Of a stretch of 4,372 bases of DNA, positions 1 to 4,372 are shown piece by piece (the stretch's first letter is position 1; each line of letters begins with the position of its first letter). The notes beneath the pieces are model-generated. The model made no database searches. It saw only the letters and a program-made list of their open reading frames with translations, and was not told the DNA's origin. The stretch comes from a virus (Duplodnaviria > Heunggongvirae > Uroviricota > Caudoviricetes), in the IMG/VR virus record IMGVR_UViG_2778261526_000001; one strand, given 5' to 3'. The translations under genes and the position numbers were made by a program.

Positions 1-1
1 G

Positions 2-622
2 GCGTCACCGGGCATGGCACGCATCTGCCTTTACGGGGATTTACAACGATTTGGCCGCCGCATCGACCTTCGTGTGACAACGGGGGCCGAAGCCATCCGG
101 GCGCTGGCCACGCAGCTTCCGTCGTTTCGCCAGAAACTGAATGAGGGCTGGTATCAGGTGCGCATTGCCGGGCGTGATGCAGGCGAAAATGAATTATCAG
201 CCCGTCTTAATGAACCGCTGGCAAATGGTGCTGTGATCCATATCGTGCCGCGTCTGGCAGGAGCCAAAAGTGGCGGTGTGTTTCAGGCGGTGCTGGGTGC
301 GGCGCTGATTGCAGTGGCGTGGTGGAACCCTGCAGGCTGGCTGGGAGCTGCGGCTTTATCGGGCATGTATGCTGCGGGGGCCAGTATGATCCTTGGCGGT
401 GTGGCGCAGATGCTGGCACCGAAAGCCAGAACTCCCCGTACACAGACAACGGATAACGGTAAGCAGAACACCTATTTCTCCTCACTGGATAACATGGTTG
501 CCCAGGGCAATGTTCTGCCCGTTCTGTACGGTGAAATGCGCGTGGGGTCGCGGGTGGCTTCTCAGGAGATCAGCACGGCAGACGAAGGGGACGGTGGTCA
601 GGTTGTGGTGATTGGTCGCTGA
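2..622 (+). CDS. I: Tail assembly protein I (lambda gpI family), 5'-partial; stop TGA at 620-622
   Basis: ORF-track frame 14..622 stays open back to the window edge (codons ASPG precede Met14). The translation ...MARICLYGDLQRFGRRIDLRV...KSGGVFQ...APKARTPRTQTTDNGKQNTYFSSLDNMVAQGNVLPVLYGEMRVGSRV...GGQVVVIGR matches my recollection of lambda gpI (223 aa), so the true start lies about 20 codons upstream of the window. It sits 60 nt upstream of J, as in lambda. Confidence 0.9.
   Translation, partial: ASPGMARICLYGDLQRFGRRIDLRVTTGAEAIRALATQLPSFRQKLNEGWYQVRIAGRDAGENELSARLNEPLANGAVIHIVPRLAGAKSGGVFQAVLGAALIAVAWWNPAGWLGAAALSGMYAAGASMILGGVAQMLAPKARTPRTQTTDNGKQNTYFSSLDNMVAQGNVLPVLYGEMRVGSRVASQEISTADEGDGGQVVVIGR
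3..77 (+). CDS. Probable 3' end of the upstream tail assembly gene (lambda gpK-like), 5'-truncated by the window edge
   Basis: Frame +3 is open from the window edge to TGA at 75-77 (24 sense codons, RHRAWHASAFTGIYNDLAAASTFV). In lambda, as I recall it, K overlaps the start of I by about 100 nt in the +1 frame relative to I, which is this frame. The evidence is synteny plus a short open frame only; I do not recognise the peptide itself. Confidence 0.3.
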   Translation, partial: RHRAWHASAFTGIYNDLAAASTFV

Positions 623-640
623 TGCAAAATGTTTTATGTG

Positions 641-670
641 AAACCGCCTGCGGGCGGTTTTGTCGTTTAT
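641..670 (+). terminator. Intergenic I-J stem-loop followed by a T-rich tract (possible weak intrinsic terminator, attenuator or RNA-stability hairpin)
   Basis: AAACCGCC (641-648), loop TGCG (649-652), GGCGGTTT (653-660) form a perfect 8-bp inverted repeat with a 5-bp GC core, followed by TGTCGTTTAT. The U-run is interrupted, so terminator efficiency, if any, is probably low. Confidence 0.35.
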
Positions 671-682
671 GGAGCGTGAGGA
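671..682 (+). promoter_or_regulatory. Ribosome-binding region for J
   Basis: GGAG at 671-674 lies 8 nt upstream of ATG 683; a second purine-rich stretch GAGGA at 677-681 is immediately adjacent to the start. Confidence 0.5.
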
Positions 683-3600
683 ATGGGTAAAGGCAGCAGT
701 AAGGGGCATACCCCGCGCGAAGCGAAGGACAACCTGAAGTCCACGCAGTTGCTGAGTGTGATCGATGCCATCAGCGAAGGGCCGGTTGAAGGTCCGGTGG
801 ATGGATTAAAAAGCGTGCTGCTGAACAGTACGCCGGTGCTGGACACTGAGGGGAATACCAACATCGCCGGTGTCACGGTGGTGTTCCGTGCCGGTGAGCA
901 GGAGCAGACACCGCCGGAGGGGTTTGAATCCTCCGGCTCCGAGACGGTGCTGGGTACGGAAGTGAAATATGACACGCCGATCACCCGCACCATTACGTCT
1001 GCAAACATCGACCGTCTGCGCTTTACCTTCGGTGTGCAGGCACTGGTGGAAACCACCTCAAAGGGGGACCGGAATCCGTCGGAAGTTCGCCTGCTGGTTC
1101 AGATACAGCGTAATGGTGGCTGGGTGACGGAAAAAGACATCACCATTAAGGGCAAAACCACCTCGCAGTATCTGGCCTCGGTGGTGGTGGATAACCTGCC
1201 GCCGCGCCCGTTTAATATCCGGATGCGCAGGATGACGCCGGACAGCACCACAGACCAGCTGCAGAACAAAACGCTCTGGTCGTCATACACCGAAATCATC
1301 GATGTGAAACAGTGCTACCCGAACACGGCACTGGTCGGCGTGCAGGTGGACTCGGAGCAGTTCGGCAGCCAGCAGGTGAGCCGTAATTATCATCTTCGCG
1401 GACGCATTCTGCAGGTGCCGTCGAACTATAACCCGCAGACGCGGCAATACAGCGGTATCTGGGACGGAACGTTTAAGCCAGCATACAGCAACAACATGGC
1501 CTGGTGTCTGTGGGATATGCTGACCCACCCGCGCTACGGCATGGGTAAACGTCTTGGTGCGGCAGATGTGGATAAATGGGCGCTGTATGTCATCGGCCAG
1601 TGTTGCGACCAGTCGGTGCCGGACGGTTTTGGCGGCACGGAGCCGCGCATCACCTGTAATGCCTGGCTGACCACACAGCGTAAGGTGTGGGATGTTCTCA
1701 GTGATTTCTGCTCGGCGATGCGCTGTATGCCGGTATGGAACGGGCAGACGCTGACGTTCGTGCAGGACCGACCATCAGATAAGGTGTGGACCTATAACCG
1801 CAGTAATGTGGTGATGCCGGATGATGGCGCGCCGTTCCGCTACAGCTTCAGCGCCCTGAAGGACCGCCATAATGCCGTTGAGGTGAACTGGATTGACCCG
1901 AACAACGGCTGGGAGACGGCGACAGAGCTTGTGGAGGATACGCAGGCCATTGCCCGTTACGGTCGTAATGTCACGAAGATGGATGCCTTTGGCTGTACCA
2001 GCCGGGGGCAGGCACACCGCGCCGGGCTGTGGCTGATTAAAACGGAGCTGCTGGAGACGCAGACCGTGGATTTCAGCGTGGGTGCCGAAGGGCTTCGCCA
2101 TGTACCGGGCGATGTTATTGAAATCTGTGATGATGACTATGCCGGTATCAGCACCGGTGGTCGCGTGCTGGCGGTGAACAGCCAGACCCGGACGCTGACG
2201 CTCGACCGTGAAATCACGCTGCCATCCTCCGGTACCACGCTGATAAGCCTGGTTGACGGAAGTGGCAATCCGGTCAGCGTGGAGGTCCAGTCCGTCACCG
2301 ACGGCGTGAAGGTAAAAGTGAGCCGTGTTCCTGACGGCGTTGCCGGATACAGCGTATGGGGGCTGAAGCTGCCGACGCTGCGCCAGCGCCTGTTCCGCTG
2401 CGTGAGTATCCGTGAGAACGATGACGGCACGTATGCCATCACCGCCGTGCAGCATGTACCGGAAAAAGAGGCCATCGTGGATAACGGGGCGCACTTTGAC
2501 GGCGACCAGAGCGGCACGGTGAATGGTGTCACGCCGCCAGCAGTGCAGCATCTGACCGCAGAAGTCACCGCAGACAGCGGGGAATACCAGGTGCTGGCCC
2601 GCTGGGACACGCCGAAGGTGGTGAAGGGCGTGAGCTTCCTGCTTCGCCTGACCGTGGCAGCGGATGACGGCAGTGAGCGGCTGGTCAGCACGGCCCGGAC
2701 GACGGAAACCACATACCGCTTCACGCAACTGGCGCTGGGGAATTACAGGCTGACAGTCCGGGCGGTAAATGCGTGGGGACAGCAGGGCGATCCGGCATCG
2801 GTATCGTTCCGGATTGCCGCACCGGCAGCGCCGTCTCGGATTGAGCTGACGCCGGGCTATTTTCAGATAACCGCCACGCCGCATCTTGCGGTTTATGATC
2901 CGACGGTACAGTTTGAGTTCTGGTTCTCGGAAAAGCGGATTGCGGATATCAGGCAGGTTGAAACCACAGCACGCTATCTTGGTACGGCGTTGTACTGGAT
3001 AGCCGCCAGTATCAATATCAGGCCGGGCCATAATTATTATTTTTACGTTCGCAGTGTGAACACCGTTGGCAAATCGGCATTCGTGGAGGCTGTTGGTCAG
3101 CCGAGTGATGACGCATCCGGCTATCTGGATTTTTTCAAAGGCGAGATAGGGAAAACCCATCTGGCTCAGGAGCTGTGGACGCAGATTGATAACGGTCAGC
3201 TTGCGCCTGACCTGGCTGAAATCAGGACATCCATTACGGATGTCAGCAATGAAATCACACAGACCGTCAATAAGAAACTGGAAGACCAGAGTGCAGCGAT
3301 CCAGCAGATACAGAAGGTTCAGGTTGATACAAATAATAACCTGAACAGCATGTGGGCTGTGAAGCTGCAGCAGATGCAGGACGGACGCCTTTATATTGCG
3401 GGTATCGGTGCCGGTATTGAGAATACGCCAGCAGGAATGCAGAGTCAGGTGCTGCTGGCGGCAGACAGGATTGCGATGATTAATCCTGCGAATGGCAACA
3501 CAAAGCCGATGTTTGTTGGTCAGGGTGATCAGATATTCATGAACGACGTGTTCCTGAAATATCTGACGGCTCCCACCATTACCAGCGGCGGTAATCCTCC

Positions 3601-4162
3601 TGCATTTTCCCTTACACCGGACGGGCGACTGACGGCGAAAAATGCGGATATCAGTGGCAGTGTGAATGCGAACGCCGGGACGCTCAACAATGTCACGATA
3701 AATGAAAACTGTCGGGTTCTGGGAAAACTGTCTGCGAACCAGATTGAAGGCGATCTCGTTAAAACAGTGGGCAAAGCTTTCCCCCGGGACTCCCGTGCAC
3801 CGGAGCGGTGGCCATCAGGGACCATTACCGTCAGGGTTTATGACGATCAGCCGTTTGACCGGCAGATTGTTATTCCCGCGGTGGCGTTTCGTGGCGCTAA
3901 ACATGAGCGGGAGAATAACGATATTTATTCGTCATGCCGCCTGATAGTGAAGAAAAACGGTGCTGAAATTTATAACCGTACCGCGCTGGATAATACGCTG
4001 GTTTACAGTGGCGTTATTGATATGCCTGCCGGTCACGGTCACATGACGCTGGAGTTTTCGGTATCAGCGTGGCTGGTAAATGACTGGTATCCCACAGCCA
4101 GTATCAGTGATTTGCTGGTTGTGGTGATGAAGAAATCCACAGCAGGTATCACGATTAGCTGA
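683..4162 (+). CDS. J: Host specificity protein J / central tail fibre (tail tip) protein, lambda gpJ family; 1159 aa
   Basis: Single 3480-nt ORF with ATG at 683 and TGA at 4160-4162. N-terminus [34 protein letters not shown]... and a long internal stretch match my recollection of lambda J (1132 aa). It contains FN3-like repeats and a C-terminal region ending ...[11 protein letters not shown] that is homologous to but divergent from the lambda receptor-binding end. Position is between I and lom. Confidence 0.97.
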   Translation: MGKGSSKGHTPREAKDNLKSTQLLSVIDAISEGPVEGPVDGLKSVLLNSTPVLDTEGNTNIAGVTVVFRAGEQEQTPPEGFESSGSETVLGTEVKYDTPITRTITSANIDRLRFTFGVQALVETTSKGDRNPSEVRLLVQIQRNGGWVTEKDITIKGKTTSQYLASVVVDNLPPRPFNIRMRRMTPDSTTDQLQNKTLWSSYTEIIDVKQCYPNTALVGVQVDSEQFGSQQVSRNYHLRGRILQVPSNYNPQTRQYSGIWDGTFKPAYSNNMAWCLWDMLTHPRYGMGKRLGAADVDKWALYVIGQCCDQSVPDGFGGTEPRITCNAWLTTQRKVWDVLSDFCSAMRCMPVWNGQTLTFVQDRPSDKVWTYNRSNVVMPDDGAPFRYSFSALKDRHNAVEVNWIDPNNGWETATELVEDTQAIARYGRNVTKMDAFGCTSRGQAHRAGLWLIKTELLETQTVDFSVGAEGLRHVPGDVIEICDDDYAGISTGGRVLAVNSQTRTLTLDREITLPSSGTTLISLVDGSGNPVSVEVQSVTDGVKVKVSRVPDGVAGYSVWGLKLPTLRQRLFRCVSIRENDDGTYAITAVQHVPEKEAIVDNGAHFDGDQSGTVNGVTPPAVQHLTAEVTADSGEYQVLARWDTPKVVKGVSFLLRLTVAADDGSERLVSTARTTETTYRFTQLALGNYRLTVRAVNAWGQQGDPASVSFRIAAPAAPSRIELTPGYFQITATPHLAVYDPTVQFEFWFSEKRIADIRQVETTARYLGTALYWIAASINIRPGHNYYFYVRSVNTVGKSAFVEAVGQPSDDASGYLDFFKGEIGKTHLAQELWTQIDNGQLAPDLAEIRTSITDVSNEITQTVNKKLEDQSAAIQQIQKVQVDTNNNLNSMWAVKLQQMQDGRLYIAGIGAGIENTPAGMQSQVLLAADRIAMINPANGNTKPMFVGQGDQIFMNDVFLKYLTAPTITSGGNPPAFSLTPDGRLTAKNADISGSVNANAGTLNNVTINENCRVLGKLSANQIEGDLVKTVGKAFPRDSRAPERWPSGTITVRVYDDQPFDRQIVIPAVAFRGAKHERENNDIYSSCRLIVKKNGAEIYNRTALDNTLVYSGVIDMPAGHGHMTLEFSVSAWLVNDWYPTASISDLLVVVMKKSTAGITIS

Positions 4163-4182
4163 ATTTTCATAACCCATATGCG

Positions 4183-4209
4183 GGCGCCATTTCTGGCGCC
4201 TTTTTTATT
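4183..4209 (+). terminator. Rho-independent terminator downstream of J
   Basis: GGCGCC (4183-4188), loop ATTTCT (4189-4194), GGCGCC (4195-4200), followed immediately by TTTTTTATT (4201-4209). This is a GC-rich 6-bp stem with a 6-T run, starting 21 nt after the J stop codon. Confidence 0.7.
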
Positions 4210-4219
4210 GCAGAAAAGC

Positions 4220-4225
4220 GAGAGG
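4220..4225 (+). promoter_or_regulatory. Shine-Dalgarno for lom
   Basis: GAGAGG lies 5 nt upstream of ATG 4231. Confidence 0.55.
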
Positions 4226-4230
4226 TAATT

Positions 4231-4372
4231 ATGCGTAAAGTTTGTGCAGTCATTTTGTCCGCAGCCATCTGTCTGGCCGTATCCGGTGCGCCTGTATGGG
4301 CGTCTGAGCAGCAGGCCACACTGAGCGCAGGGTATCTTCATGCCCGTACGAACGCTCCCGGCAGCGATAATC
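4231..4372 (+). CDS. lom: Outer membrane protein Lom (Ail/Lom/PagC family), 3'-partial; runs off the window end
   Basis: Translation MRKVCAVILSAAICLAVSGAPVWASEQQATLSAGYLHARTNAPGSDN... is a typical Sec signal peptide (hydrophobic core, VWA-S cleavage motif) followed by the conserved Lom N-terminus as I remember it from lambda (MRK..AAILSAAICLAVSGAP.WASE..STLSAGYLHA.TNAPGSDN). Position immediately downstream of J is as in lambda. Confidence 0.9.
   Translation, partial: MRKVCAVILSAAICLAVSGAPVWASEQQATLSAGYLHARTNAPGSDN

Noticed and set aside
207-611. Out-of-frame or antisense ORFs within gene I (207-485 minus, 283-471 minus, 393-611 plus)
   Set aside because: They overlap the gpI frame, which matches a known protein family. 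The alternative translations are Arg/Trp/Cys-rich and show no start-site signals.
667-1056. 129-aa minus-strand ORF overlapping the J start; also the smaller minus-strand ORFs 1099-1299, 1283-1528, 3529-3825 and 4039-4341
   Set aside because: All are antisense to the well-supported I, J and lom frames, short, and compositionally atypical. Phage tail operons are uniformly transcribed on one strand.
2137-2724. 195-aa minus-strand ORF inside J
   Set aside because: Same reasoning: antisense to J with Ser/Thr/Arg-rich composition typical of a non-coding frame.
1775-3160. 461-aa ORF on the minus strand, entirely inside J
   Set aside because: Antisense shadow ORF of a long, GC-rich gene. The translation is Arg/Pro/Cys-rich low-complexity sequence, with no upstream RBS context and no recognisable family, and the sense-strand J frame fully explains the region.
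3702-3944. 80-aa plus-strand ORF in an alternative frame inside the 3' part of J
   Set aside because: It is embedded in J in a different frame with no RBS. I see no evidence for a nested gene or programmed frameshift (no slippery heptamer noted), and the J frame continues uninterrupted.
4201-4230. Possible sigma70 promoter for lom in the J-lom spacer
   Set aside because: Only weak -10-like hexamers (e.g. TTTATT) and no properly spaced -35. The spacer is too short and is mostly occupied by the terminator tail and the SD, so no promoter is called.
1-4372. Chi sites (GCTGGTGG), CRISPR repeats, tRNA, IS or integrase remnants, and a diversity-generating retroelement targeting the J tip
   Set aside because: A manual scan found several near-matches to Chi (e.g. 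ACTGGTGG at ~1043, CGTGGTGG at ~319) but no exact octamer on the + strand. There are no direct repeat arrays, no tRNA-like structures, and no second copy of the J 3' region that could serve as a DGR template repeat in this window.

Overview
This window is the distal end of a lambdoid (phage lambda-like) tail gene cluster, all on the + strand: the 3' part of tail assembly gene I (the window starts inside it, with the end of the overlapping upstream gene K probably in another frame), a 60-nt intergenic spacer containing a hairpin, the complete 1159-codon host-specificity / central tail fibre gene J, a strong intrinsic terminator, and the 5' end of lom (Ail/Lom/PagC-family outer-membrane protein), which runs off the window. 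Gene order, spacing and most of the protein sequence match my recollection of phage lambda I-J-lom; that recollection was not checked against any database. The main point of interest is that J appears mosaic: roughly the first 810 codons look near-identical to lambda J, while the last ~350 codons (a longer helical linker plus the C-terminal receptor-binding region) are divergent and lower in GC, suggesting exchange of the host-range determinant. I found no evidence of a novel defence or other undescribed system here; no tRNA, CRISPR, IS element or integrase is visible. All minus-strand ORFs in the track look like antisense shadow ORFs of J.
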